Assembly (NCBI GenBank): GCA_019454835.1
Contig: JACFNP010000008.1
Location: 3,778-67,777 of the forward strand
DNA length: 64,000 nucleotides
From: Rubellimicrobium sp.
GTDB taxonomy: Bacteria > Pseudomonadota > Alphaproteobacteria > Rhodobacterales > Rhodobacteraceae
Reading direction: 5' to 3'
Position numbers and translations under genes: made by a program. How positions within the stretch are numbered: position 1 is the stretch's first letter; every line of letters begins with the position of its first letter. The notes under the pieces were generated by a model, which had not been told where the DNA came from, did no database searches, and saw nothing but the letters and a program-made list of their open reading frames with translations. Positions 1-9,332 of this stretch are shown here, piece after piece.

Positions 1-1
1 G

Positions 2-217
2 TTCGAGCAGCATATCCGCGCGGTCTGCGGCTGGCCCCTGGGCGACGGCACGCGCCATTCGGATGTCGAGATGGAGAACCTGATCGGACACGACATCGAC
101 CGGCTGCCCGCACTGGCCGCCTCGGGCGCGGCGCTGCATCTCTACGGCAAGGCCGAGGTGCGACCGGGGCGCAAGATGGGCCACGTGAACCGCATCACCG
201 GCCCGGCAGCGCGCTGA
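2..217 (+). CDS. purK: N5-carboxyaminoimidazole ribonucleotide synthase, C-terminal fragment (5' end outside window)
   Basis: Frame-2 translation FEQHIRAVCGWPLGDG...GRKMGHVNRITGPAAR ends at TGA 215-217. The GRKMGHV tail is typical of PurK. Confidence 0.6.
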   Translation, partial: FEQHIRAVCGWPLGDGTRHSDVEMENLIGHDIDRLPALAASGAALHLYGKAEVRPGRKMGHVNRITGPAAR

Positions 218-249
218 GCATAGGGGCAGCGGGGCGAACGGCATGTTCC

Positions 250-327
250 GTCATTGCGAGGGGAAGCCGAAGCATGCCCGATGTTGTGCGCGAGCGGTCG
301 AGGTTGCTTCACTTCGTTCGCAATGAC
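250..327 (-). repeat. nested-palindrome element copy 1 (A loop, R orientation, degenerate)
   Basis: GTCATTGCGAGG...TTCGCAATGAC, 78 bp; loop reads CGATGTTGTGCGCGAGCGGTCG. Confidence 0.8.
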
Positions 328-337
328 GAGAACTGCC

Positions 338-423
338 GTCATTGCGAGGAGCCGCAGGCGACGAAGCAACCTCGATGTTGTGTGAGAGCGGTCGGGGTTG
401 CTTCGGCTTCGCCTCGCAATGAC
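338..423 (-). repeat. element copy 2 (A loop, R)
   Basis: GTCATTGCGAGGAGCCGCAGGCGACGAAGCAACC...GCTTCGGCTTCGCCTCGCAATGAC, 86 bp. Confidence 0.9.
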
Positions 424-465
424 GGGATATGCGGGCGCCAAATGCGCCACCAGCCCGCAAGACGC

Positions 466-1212
466 TCAGCCGAAGATCGCGTGTTCCAGCGTCAGGTCGG
501 GGTCGAAACGGCCCTTGCCCAGAAACAGCAGCACCTGGGCGATGACCAGCGGGTTGTTCATCATGAAGGTATGCGTCACCGGCAGCGTGATGTGATCGGT
601 CTCGCCCGCCATATGGGTCGATTCCACCGACACCTTGCCGTCGTTCGGCCCCTCGATCAGCGCCGAGGTCAGCGGGTTCACCGTGGCGCTGCCCGCGATG
701 ATGCCGATCTCGCAGGGCGCCAGCGGTGTCTCGGGCAGGGCCTGCGGGGTGTCGTCCTCGCCGGTGCCCAGCGCCAGCCCGGCGGGGCCGTTGATCCAGC
801 GGAACGGCGCGAAGTCACCGAAGATGTCGACCAGTTCCGACCCCTTGTTGGGCGGCGCGAGCATCACCACCCGGCCCATGTTCGCAGGCCGCGCCCGCGT
901 CAGCCAGGCCCGCACGAGGATGCCGCCCATCGAATGGGTGACGAAATGCACCCGCCGCGCGCCACATTCGGCGACCATTTGCGGGAGCCAGTCGCTTACC
1001 AGTTCGGGGATCGAATGTTCGGTCGAGGGATAGCCGGAATTGACGCAGAAATAGCCCGCGCGTTCGAGCACCAGTTGCAAGGGCAGCAGCGAGGTCGCCG
1101 AGCGCGCCAGCCCGTGAATGAGCACCACCGCCTCGTCGGCGGCGCCATCTTCGGGTTTGCGCGCGCGCAGCAGTTGCAGCAGGCCGGGATGCGACAGCGG
1201 GTCCATGGCCAT
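466..1212 (-). CDS. alpha/beta-fold hydrolase (lipase/esterase-like)
   Basis: 248-aa ORF with nucleophile elbow HSMGG and an N-terminal VVLIHGL oxyanion-type motif. Confidence 0.7.
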   Translation of the reverse strand: MAMDPLSHPGLLQLLRARKPEDGAADEAVVLIHGLARSATSLLPLQLVLERAGYFCVNSGYPSTEHSIPELVSDWLPQMVAECGARRVHFVTHSMGGILVRAWLTRARPANMGRVVMLAPPNKGSELVDIFGDFAPFRWINGPAGLALGTGEDDTPQALPETPLAPCEIGIIAGSATVNPLTSALIEGPNDGKVSVESTHMAGETDHITLPVTHTFMMNNPLVIAQVLLFLGKGRFDPDLTLEHAIFG

Positions 1213-1258
1213 ACAATAGCGGCATATCGGCGCGCGAACAGGGGGGGTGTTGCGCGCT

Positions 1259-2815
1259 TTACCCCGCCGCGATCCGGGCCAGTGCCTGCGGCACGAGGTC
1301 GGGCAGGTCGCTGGCGATCAGGCCGGGGCCGAAGGCGCGGGCGGCCTCGACATGCACGAAGGCCGCCAGCGCGGCGGCCTCCGGCGGCGCCACCCCGCGC
1401 GCCAGCAGCCCGGCGATCAGCCCCGCCAGCACGTCGCCCGCCCCCGCCGTGGCCAGCCAGGGCGCCGCGCGATCATAGGCGGCGGCGTGCAGACGCACCC
1501 GGCCCTGCGGCTCGGCGATCACGCTCGCGCGGCCCTTCAGCAGCACGCTCACCCCCAGACGCCGCGCCAGCGCCCGCGCCGCATCGGCCCGCGAGGGCAG
1601 CGGCGCGCGTTCGCCGGGGCGGCTTGCGGCGACCAGATCGGGGGCGAGGCGGGCGAATTCGCCCTCATGCGGGGTCAGCACGCAGGCCGGATGCAGCAGC
1701 GCGCGCAATCCGGGCTGCCGCGCCAGCAGCGTCAGCGCATCGGCGTCCAGCACCACCGGACGCCGCGCGCGCAGCGCCGCCGCGACCAGCCCGGCCTCGC
1801 GCGGGCCGGTGCCCAGTCCGGGGCCGATGCACAGAGCGGTGATCCTCGGGTCGGCCTCCAGCCACGCCGCCAGCGCCGCGCCGTCCTCCAGCCCGCGCAG
1901 CATCACCGCCTCGAGCGCCGGGGCGAGCGTGGCAAGGTCGCCGGGCGCCGCACCCAGCGTCACCAGCCCCGCGCCGATGCGCAGCGCCGCGCGCGCCGCC
2001 AGCCGCGCCGCCCCCGATCCCTGGGCCGGACCCGAGACGACCAGCACCGCGCCATGGCTGAACTTGTGCCCCTGCCCCTTGTCCAGCGCCGCCGCCCCGG
2101 CGCTGCCCGGCGCGACCGCGACCCGCCGCATCGCATCCTCGGGGGCGCCCGTCAGGCCGATGTCGGCGACATGCAGCCGCCCGCAGACATCCGGGCCGTG
2201 GCCGAGATACTGGCCGGGCCGGGCGCGGTGGAAGGTCACGGTCAGGTCGGCGCGCAGCGCGGTGTCTGGCAAGGCCGCGCGCGGGCAGCCGGGATAGAAG
2301 CCCGAATCGAGGCACAGGCCCGAGGGCGCATCGACCGCGACCACCTTTCCCGCCGCGTCCCGGCGGCGCGCCAGCAGCGCGAAGGCCCCCGCCGGATCGC
2401 CGGTCATCTCGCGCACCGCCCCGGCACCGAACACCGCGTCCACCACCAGATCGACCGGCAGCGCCGCCGCGACCGCTTCGGCGTCCAGCGGGCCGGTGTC
2501 GCCGATGGCCGCCCAGCGCCGACGCATCAGGGTGGCATCGGCGCCCTGCCGGGCCGGGTCGCCATGGGCCAGCAGCCGCACCCGCCAGCCCGCCTGCACC
2601 AGAAGCCGCGCGATCACATGGCCGTCGCCGCCGTTGTTGCCCGGCCCACACAGCACCAGCGCCGATCCGGGGCGCAGTCCGGGCCAGGCTTCGGCCAGCG
2701 CGCCGACCACGGCGGCACCGGCGCGCTCCATCAGACCGGCGCCGCCTGCGGCCCCCGAGGCGATGGCGGCGTCCTCGCAGGCCCGCATCTGCGCCATGGT
2801 GAGCAGTTCGTCCAT
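1259..2815 (-). CDS. nnr: bifunctional NAD(P)H-hydrate repair enzyme (epimerase/ADP-dependent dehydratase)
   Basis: 518-aa ORF. N-terminal YjeF-N motif [13 protein letters not shown] and C-terminal kinase-like GAGDVLAG. Confidence 0.85.
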   Translation of the reverse strand: MDELLTMAQMRACEDAAIASGAAGGAGLMERAGAAVVGALAEAWPGLRPGSALVLCGPGNNGGDGHVIARLLVQAGWRVRLLAHGDPARQGADATLMRRRWAAIGDTGPLDAEAVAAALPVDLVVDAVFGAGAVREMTGDPAGAFALLARRRDAAGKVVAVDAPSGLCLDSGFYPGCPRAALPDTALRADLTVTFHRARPGQYLGHGPDVCGRLHVADIGLTGAPEDAMRRVAVAPGSAGAAALDKGQGHKFSHGAVLVVSGPAQGSGAARLAARAALRIGAGLVTLGAAPGDLATLAPALEAVMLRGLEDGAALAAWLEADPRITALCIGPGLGTGPREAGLVAAALRARRPVVLDADALTLLARQPGLRALLHPACVLTPHEGEFARLAPDLVAASRPGERAPLPSRADAARALARRLGVSVLLKGRASVIAEPQGRVRLHAAAYDRAAPWLATAGAGDVLAGLIAGLLARGVAPPEAAALAAFVHVEAARAFGPGLIASDLPDLVPQALARIAAG

Positions 2816-2817
2816 GA

Positions 2818-3246
<429 letters not shown>

Positions 3247-3247
3247 G

Positions 3248-3425
3248 AGGGCAATCGGGCGAACGGCTCTGCGCGGGTTGGCAGGGCGTCCCTGCTCGCG
3301 AAATCCGTGATTGCGAGAAGCCGAAGGCGACGAAGCAACCTCGATGTTGTGCGCGAGCGGTCGAGGTTGCTTCGGCTTCGCCTCGCAATGACGAAAATAC
3401 GCCGTGCGCCCGATTGCCGTGGGCA
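3248..3425 (-). mobile_element. full-length MITE-like form around copy 3, inserted at the glnB stop codon
   Basis: Outer inverted arms GGCAATCGGGCGAACGGC (3250-3267) and GCCGTGCGCCCGATTGCC (3401-3418) match 17/18. A 10-bp direct repeat CTCTGAGAGG lies at 3241-3250 and 3426-3435; the right one is offset by 7 nt. Confidence 0.55.
3307..3392 (-). repeat. element copy 3 (A loop, R)
   Basis: GTGATTGCGAG...CCTCGCAATGAC, 60 nt downstream of the glnB stop. Confidence 0.9.
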
Positions 3426-3559
3426 CTCTGAGAGGCGCACAGAGAGGCGCACCAGAGAAACACTCCGGGGCTGCCGCCACAGGATTTCCGCAATTCCTCC
3501 CCTGTCATGCCGCGATCAACAGTCTGTTTCTGATCGTGAGCCAATAACAGGAGAGCGAA

Positions 3560-3769
3560 ATGCTCCGTGTCGTTTCCGGTTCCGGGATGTTCCCCCGGCC
3601 CCCCGCCGCCGCACACCTGCCGGTCACCCGGCTGCGGATCACTGTCCGCCGCGCCCGCCTGAACGTCACCCTCGGCCCCGGCCGCCGTGCCCACCGCAAC
3701 GGCCCGCAGCCGCGCGCAGGCGAACCGGCGGCCATCCTGCGCCGGGTGCTGGGCGAGGCTTTGGGATGA
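3560..3769 (+). CDS. hypothetical small Arg-rich protein (69 aa)
   Basis: AGGAG lies 7 nt upstream of the ATG. Hand-counted GC3 is about 85% with GC3>GC1>GC2. I recognise no family. Confidence 0.3.
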   Translation: MLRVVSGSGMFPRPPAAAHLPVTRLRITVRRARLNVTLGPGRRAHRNGPQPRAGEPAAILRRVLGEALG

Positions 3770-3782
3770 CCCCGCAGGCCCG

Positions 3783-5321
3783 TCAGGCCGGACCCTGCCC
3801 CCCCGGCAACCGGATGCCACGCGCGTCGAAATAGCGCGCGATGGCCTGCGGGTCGCCCGATGGGTCGGCCAGCGCCACCCAGCCATCGGGCCGCAGCAGG
3901 TAGGTCGCATCACGCGCGATCCCCGCCGCCCCGTGTTCGGGCCGCCACGCCGGAACCTGAAGCGCCACGCCCTGCGCGCGGCACCAGTCCGCCAGCCCGT
4001 CGCCAGCGCTGCCGTGGACCCGCACCTGCCAGCCGACAGGCGCAGGCGGCGCGGGGCTTTCGCCCGCGTCCGGCGCCACCCATGGCAGCCGGTCGCCTCC
4101 GGCCACGGCGCCCGCCCGCCCGGCGCTCAGCGCGCTGTCGCGGTAGTCGAGCGCGATCTGCGACACCGTGCGAAACAGGAACCGGCGCAGCGCGCCTGAC
4201 CGCAGCGCGCGCGACAGCACCGCAGGCGCGAGCCGCGCGCGGACCACCCCCGCCGCCCGGCCCCGCGCCGTGACGATGCCGAAGATGCGGTCGGTCGTGG
4301 CCACCAGCCGCCGCGCAAAGCCGATCCGTTCGGCCTCGTAGCTGTCGAGCAGGTCGTCGCCCGCGCGGCCCGCGATGACCTCGGCCAGCTTCCACGCCAG
4401 GTTGATCGCATCGAGAATCCCGGTGTTCATGCCCTGCCCGCCCACCGGGCTGTGGATATGACCCGCATCGCCCAGCAGGAACGCCCGCCCCTTGCGGAAA
4501 TGCGCGGCGACGCGGTGGTGGACGCGGTAGGTCGAGAACCAGTTCACCCGCCCCACCGTCACCTGCATCTGCGCGACGACACGGGCGCCGGCATCCTCGA
4601 AACGCGGCGCGCGGCCCCCCGGCGGGCCGCCCGCGCCAATGGTGCCGACCAGGCGGACATGGCCGGGCGCGGCCAGCGGGAAGATTCCCAGGAAATCGGC
4701 CTCGTCGAGGTCGATATGCAGATCGCCGTCGATGGCCGGGCCGCGCGCCGCGATGTCGGCGACATAGTAGTGGCCTTCATAGGTGCTGCCGCCGAAGCCG
4801 ATGCCCAGCGCCTTGCGCACGGTCGATCCGGCGCCGTCGCAACCGGCGATGTAGCGCGCGGTGCAGGTTTCTCCGCTGCCGTCGCCATGGCGAAGGTCGG
4901 CGGTGATCCGGCTGCCGTCATCGGCAAGGCGCAGCAGTTCCGTGCCGCGCTCGACCTCGATGCCCGCATCGCGCAGCCGCGACTCGAGCAGGGCCTCGTG
5001 TTCGTCCTGGGGAAAGATGGTCACGAAAGGATAGGGCGTCAGCCCCGCGCCCAGCGCGCCGAAGTCGATATGCGCCGCCCGCCGCCCCCGCGCCCAGAGG
5101 TTCACCCCCTCGACCCGGTGCCCGCGCGCCACGACGGCATCGGCAAGATCGAGCTGGCGATAGAGTTCGAGCGTCCGCGCCTGGACCGCCAGCGCCCGCG
5201 ATCCCGTGCCCGCCACCGCATTGCGCTCGATGATCCGCACCCCGACCCCCTGCCGGTGCAGCCAGAGTGCCAGCACCAGCCCGGTCGGCCCCGCGCCGAC
5301 GATCAGGACATCCGCTTCCAT
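3783..5321 (-). CDS. FAD-dependent aromatic-ring monooxygenase (PheA/TfdB-like)
   Basis: 512 aa. N-terminal VGAGPTGL dinucleotide fold and GDAGHIHSPVGGQGMNTG motif. Confidence 0.85.
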   Translation of the reverse strand: MEADVLIVGAGPTGLVLALWLHRQGVGVRIIERNAVAGTGSRALAVQARTLELYRQLDLADAVVARGHRVEGVNLWARGRRAAHIDFGALGAGLTPYPFVTIFPQDEHEALLESRLRDAGIEVERGTELLRLADDGSRITADLRHGDGSGETCTARYIAGCDGAGSTVRKALGIGFGGSTYEGHYYVADIAARGPAIDGDLHIDLDEADFLGIFPLAAPGHVRLVGTIGAGGPPGGRAPRFEDAGARVVAQMQVTVGRVNWFSTYRVHHRVAAHFRKGRAFLLGDAGHIHSPVGGQGMNTGILDAINLAWKLAEVIAGRAGDDLLDSYEAERIGFARRLVATTDRIFGIVTARGRAAGVVRARLAPAVLSRALRSGALRRFLFRTVSQIALDYRDSALSAGRAGAVAGGDRLPWVAPDAGESPAPPAPVGWQVRVHGSAGDGLADWCRAQGVALQVPAWRPEHGAAGIARDATYLLRPDGWVALADPSGDPQAIARYFDARGIRLPGGQGPA

Positions 5322-5649
5322 CCGTGCCTCCGTCAGGGCAACGGTCCCGCCGGATCGCCTGCGGGATCGGACTCACCGCGACAGGCTGCGCCCCGCGCGG
5401 GCAACGGGCAAGCCCCTTGGGGGCAGGCGGCATGGCTATCGCATTTGACCTGCGCAGCAACCCGCGTGGTGCAACGGTGGGGCAGCATGACCGGCGCCCG
5501 CACCGAGGGGGGCGCGGATGCGCCCGCCACAGAAACGTTCTTGGGGGGGCGGGGCGGGCGCCGGTCGTGCTGCGCACGCCCGAAGGGGGAAATTCTCTGG
5601 CCGCGCGCCGCAGGTTCGGCATATGCGATTGCCCAGCCTTCTCCCCACC

Positions 5650-5737
5650 GTCATTGCGAGGCGCAAGCCGAAGCAACCCCGACCGCTTGCGCGATGTCCT
5701 CGGGGTTGCTTCGTCGGCTGCGCCTCCTCGCAATGAC
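5650..5737 (+). repeat. element copy 4 (A loop, F)
   Basis: GTCATTGCGAGGCGCAAGCCGAAGCAACCCCGACCGCT...CCTCCTCGCAATGAC. Confidence 0.9.
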
Positions 5738-5813
5738 GGAACATGGCGTGCGCGCTTGCTCCGACAAGCGCGTTCACACGCTTGCGCCCTCCCGCAGAAT
5801 ACCTTACCGATTT

Positions 5814-5827
5814 AGTCACGATTGACT
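5814..5827. promoter_or_regulatory. candidate operator dyad AGTCA-N4-TGACT upstream of the iron cluster
   Basis: AGTCACGATTGACT, 31 nt upstream of the imelysin-like ATG. Confidence 0.25.
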
Positions 5828-5857
5828 CACCCCCGCTGCAGCCCCGAGGAACCGCCG

Positions 5858-6919
5858 ATGCGCGCCTTGCCGACCCTGTTGATTCCGGCCCTGCTGGCCG
5901 CCCCCGCCGCCACGTTCGCCGATGCCCCGGCGCCGACCGCCGCCGAGACCGAGGGCCTTGCGTCGGTGCGGGCGTTCACGCTTGAACACAGCACCGCGCT
6001 GGCAACCGAAGCCGCCGCCCTGCGCGACAGGGTTGCGGCCTATGCCGGGATCATCGCGGCCCATGACGGCGACTATCAATCCGCCTGGGACGCCGACGGC
6101 GCCACGCTGGCGCAGGCGATCCGCGACATCCGCGCCAACTGGCTGGCCACCCACAACGAATACGAGACCATCGAGGGCATCGTCGCGGGCCTGCCGCGCA
6201 CGGCGGATTACGACCTGATCCTCGACGCGGGCAATCCCGGCACCGAGGACGACGATGTCGCCGACTACGACCTGACCCTGCCCGACGGCACCGAACTGCA
6301 CCAGCCCGGCAACCTGTTCCACACCCTCAGCGAGCCGGTCCTCTGGGGGACGAACCCCGATGCGGTGCGCCTTGCGGTCGATCTGGACGGCGACGGCGCC
6401 ATCGGCGCGGGCGAGATGCTGTTCGACCCGAACCTCGCGCTCGGCGCCGCCGAGGGGTTGGCGTTCTGGACCGCCGACCTGCAGGCGCAGGTCGAATCGT
6501 GGGAGCCGACCCGCGACGACGCCTTCACGGCGGTCGTCACCATGACGCCGACCATCGGCGACTACTTCGGCGAATGGAAGGATTCGCAATACCTGGGCGG
6601 GGTCGGCGAATCCTTCGTGGCGCAAAGCCGCCTCGTCGATGTCGCGGGCATCATGAACGGCTGCCAGCTCATGTATGAAAGCGCGATCTCGCCGGTTCTG
6701 GCCGAAGCGGGCGACAGCGGTCTCGACGCGGTGATCCGCAGCTCGTTCGGGCAGATGCTCGATCTGGTCTCGGACACCCACGCGCGCGAACAGGCGGGCG
6801 AGAGCTTTTCCGCCGAGGAAGCCGACGCGCTGGCCGCCGAAAGCCAGGACATCGCCGACCGCATCGTGGCGCAGGTGCTGCAGGCTGCGGCGCGCTATGA
6901 TGTGACGATCGAGGACTGA
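5858..6919 (+). CDS. putative periplasmic imelysin-like (M75/EfeM-like) iron-system protein
   Basis: Signal peptide MRALPTLLIPALLAAPAATFA, acidic mature protein, possible H-x-x-E type motif (THNEYE). The call rests mostly on context next to the FTR1 cluster. Confidence 0.45.
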   Translation: MRALPTLLIPALLAAPAATFADAPAPTAAETEGLASVRAFTLEHSTALATEAAALRDRVAAYAGIIAAHDGDYQSAWDADGATLAQAIRDIRANWLATHNEYETIEGIVAGLPRTADYDLILDAGNPGTEDDDVADYDLTLPDGTELHQPGNLFHTLSEPVLWGTNPDAVRLAVDLDGDGAIGAGEMLFDPNLALGAAEGLAFWTADLQAQVESWEPTRDDAFTAVVTMTPTIGDYFGEWKDSQYLGGVGESFVAQSRLVDVAGIMNGCQLMYESAISPVLAEAGDSGLDAVIRSSFGQMLDLVSDTHAREQAGESFSAEEADALAAESQDIADRIVAQVLQAAARYDVTIED

Positions 6920-6974
6920 GCGTCAGGCGTCGCGGGGGCCGCCGCTCGGGGTGATCGGGTGCGCGGCATGTTCC

Positions 6975-7060
6975 GTCATTGCGAGGAGGCAAAGCCGACG
7001 AAGCAACCCCGATGTCGTGTGTAAGCAGTCGGGGTTGCTTCGGCTTCGCCTCGCAATGAC
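6975..7060 (-). repeat. element copy 5 (A loop, R)
   Basis: Full termini; loop CGATGTCGTGTGTAAGCAGTCG. Confidence 0.9.
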
Positions 7061-7074
7061 GGAGGGGAGATGTC

Positions 7075-7164
7075 GTCATTGCGAGGAGCCGCAGGCGACG
7101 CGGCAATCCATGGGCCGGGCGCGGCGCCCGGCATGGGTTGCTTCGGCTTCACCTCGCGGGTGAC
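7075..7164 (-). repeat. element copy 6 (B loop, R-type arms)
   Basis: The A loop is replaced by CAATCCATGGGCCGGGCGCGGCGCCCGGCATGGGTTG. Right terminus variant CTCGCGGGTGAC. Confidence 0.9.
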
Positions 7165-7260
7165 GGAATATGCCCGATCGCCCCGCGCCACGCTTGCCAC
7201 ACTTGAGCGCATCAGTCAGGAAATGTAAGCCCGCCCGCAACCCGCCCGGTCGCGGGTCGT

Positions 7261-7782
7261 ATGTCCGGTGAAGCGATGGATGTGCCGTCCCGAACCATCC
7301 CGGCGCCCGCCCGCGCCGCCGCGCCGCCGCAGCGGCCGCGCGGCGGGACGCTGTTTTCGGGGCTGCTGACCGCCGCCTTCGCCGGGCTGTTCGTCTCGGG
7401 CCTGTTCCTGTGGCTCTGGCCGGGGGCGGAACCGGTGATCCTTGCGCATGTCATTGCCGGTCTCGCGGCCAGCGTCGCGCTGGTGCCGTGGCTGTGGCGC
7501 CATGTGCCGCGCGCGATCTGCCATGCGCAGCGCCCCGGCTTTGCCGCCGGAAGCTGGGCGCTGCTGGCGGTCTGGGTGCTGCTGCTGTTGTCGGGCGTGG
7601 CGATGGCGCTGCCGATGCTGGTCTGGCTGGCCGGGCCGGTCTGGTTCCCGGCCCGCGAGGTAACCGAGGCGCTGAGCCTGGTGCATTTCTGGGCCTCATG
7701 GGTGGCGATGGCCGGGCTGCTCCTGCATCTGGCCCTGCGCCACTGGCGCATCCCGGCCCGGTCCACGGGGGCGCAGGCGTGA
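7261..7782 (+). CDS. small integral membrane protein with conserved His in TM helices (DUF4405/cytochrome-b-like)
   Basis: 173 aa with about 4 hydrophobic helices. Its stop overlaps the GTG start of the next gene (GTGA). Confidence 0.5.
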   Translation: MSGEAMDVPSRTIPAPARAAAPPQRPRGGTLFSGLLTAAFAGLFVSGLFLWLWPGAEPVILAHVIAGLAASVALVPWLWRHVPRAICHAQRPGFAAGSWALLAVWVLLLLSGVAMALPMLVWLAGPVWFPAREVTEALSLVHFWASWVAMAGLLLHLALRHWRIPARSTGAQA

Positions 7783-9332
7783 AGCTGAAATCGCAGTTGC
7801 GCTTTCACCTGCGCTGGCTGGCACTGGCGGCGGCGGGCGTGGCGCTGGGGCTGGGGATCGGCGCGCTGGTGACGCCGGTGCCCGCGCCGGTCGGCACGGC
7901 CTTCGACGCCGTGCCCTTCTACCGGCTGCCCTTCGGCCCCGATGACGCGGGCGCCCCGCGCCCCTTCTGGCCCTCGCGGATGCAGGCGGCCAGCGCAGGC
8001 TTTGCCGACGGCGCGGCGCTGCCGTCGTCGGCGACCTGCGCCGCCTGCCACCGCCGCGAATTCGACGAATGGGCCGGGTCGCTGCACGCGGTGGCGGGTA
8101 ATGAACGGGTCTACGAGGCCACCGAGGATGCCAATGCCGAGGTCGGTCGCAACGGTGCCGAGCAGGTGCGCTTCTGCGAGGGCTGTCATTCGCCGGGCAC
8201 CCTGCTGACCGGCCGCGCGAACCGCTTTGCCTCGGTCATGCCGCACGAGGCCGAACTGGAAGGGGTAAGCTGCATCTCCTGTCACACCGCCATCCATGCC
8301 GACCCCGAAACGGGCAACGGCGCGCTCACCCTCGCCTTCGATCGCGCGGAAATCGAGGCGCGCGGGCCGCAGGGCGCCGCGCTGCTGGCCGACCCGCGCG
8401 CGCATCTGGCGGCCTTCGGCGCCCCCGATACCACCGCGCTGCTGAAGACCGGCGATTTCTGCGGCGCCTGCCACAACGAGACGCTTGATTCGTCGATGTC
8501 GCTGGTCCCCGATCCGGGGGTCGCGGTGCAGGCGACCCATGCCGAATGGCGCGAAAGCTGGTATGCCGACAACGGCATCACCTGCCAGACCTGCCACATG
8601 GCCCCAGACCCCGCCGCGCAGGTCATGCGCATCCGCGACGGCGACCTGCGCGCGCCCGCCACGGTCTCGCACCGCTTCATCGGCAGCAACTGGCTGCTGA
8701 CCGACACCGCGCTGGGCGACAGCCTGATGATCCTGCGCGGCGGCTTCCTGCCGGGCGTCGATGCGGCGCTGGGCAATATGACCGCCGGGGCGCAGCTTGA
8801 GCAGACCCGCGCCTTCCTGCGCACCGCCGCCGGGCTGGAGCTGCGCGAAAGTCGGCTGGATGCGGCGGGCCTGCATCTGCACATCGCGGTGCAGAACCTC
8901 GGCGCCGGGCACAACCTGCCGACCGGGGTGGGCGATCAGAAATACATGGAACTCGAGGTGGTGCTGCGCGATGCGGCGGGCCGCGAAATCTTCCGCTCGG
9001 GTGGCGACGAACAGGGGCCCGAAGGCAGCGCGGCGGTGCGCTGGATGGAGGAATTCGTCGATTCGCGCGGTCGGGTGATCCCCGATCACATCACCTTCCG
9101 CACCGCCGCTGTGCGCTGGACCCGCCACGGCATCCCGCCGCGCGGCGAGGAGGTCGTCCCCTACGACATCGCCCTGCCCGATGACACCGCCGGGCCGTTC
9201 ACGCTGGAGGTGCGGCTGCTCTACCGGCTGGCGCGGCCCGAGCTGATCCTGTCGAACCTGCACATGCGCGTCGATGTGCCGTTCTTCGCGCTGGCCGAAC
9301 TGACCGCCACCATTGCGGGTGACGGCGCATGA
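7779..9332 (+). CDS. periplasmic pentaheme c-type cytochrome
   Basis: Five CxxCH motifs (CAACH at 8037-8051, then CEGCH, CISCH, CGACH, CQTCH). N-terminal TM/signal segment LALAAAGVALGLGIGALV. GTG start inferred from overlap with the upstream stop. Confidence 0.8.
   Translation: MKLKSQLRFHLRWLALAAAGVALGLGIGALVTPVPAPVGTAFDAVPFYRLPFGPDDAGAPRPFWPSRMQAASAGFADGAALPSSATCAACHRREFDEWAGSLHAVAGNERVYEATEDANAEVGRNGAEQVRFCEGCHSPGTLLTGRANRFASVMPHEAELEGVSCISCHTAIHADPETGNGALTLAFDRAEIEARGPQGAALLADPRAHLAAFGAPDTTALLKTGDFCGACHNETLDSSMSLVPDPGVAVQATHAEWRESWYADNGITCQTCHMAPDPAAQVMRIRDGDLRAPATVSHRFIGSNWLLTDTALGDSLMILRGGFLPGVDAALGNMTAGAQLEQTRAFLRTAAGLELRESRLDAAGLHLHIAVQNLGAGHNLPTGVGDQKYMELEVVLRDAAGREIFRSGGDEQGPEGSAAVRWMEEFVDSRGRVIPDHITFRTAAVRWTRHGIPPRGEEVVPYDIALPDDTAGPFTLEVRLLYRLARPELILSNLHMRVDVPFFALAELTATIAGDGA

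Larger units (their letters stand above)
6947..7184 (-). mobile_element. composite element: two cores (copies 5 and 6) sharing one pair of outer inverted arms
   Basis: Left GGGGTGATCGGGTGCGCGGCATGTTCC and right GGAATATGCCCGATCGCCCC are inverted repeats. I saw no direct repeat flanking them. Confidence 0.45.

Noticed and set aside
142-460. Small ORFs translating to ...[13 protein letters not shown]..., ...LLRRLRLLAMT..., ...[12 protein letters not shown]... at many sites, e.g. 142..450, 251..460, 6976..7212, 34909..35091, 49214..49420, 59387..59620
   Set aside because: These are translations of the palindromic element in its various frames and orientations, not conserved proteins.
5520-5561. 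Hairpin GCGCCCGCC...GGCGGGCGC with a 24-nt loop in the monooxygenase/iron-cluster divergent region; considered as a riboswitch or attenuator
   Set aside because: It is a single GC-rich stem with no recognisable riboswitch core and no associated U-tract. A stem like this is expected by chance in high-GC DNA.
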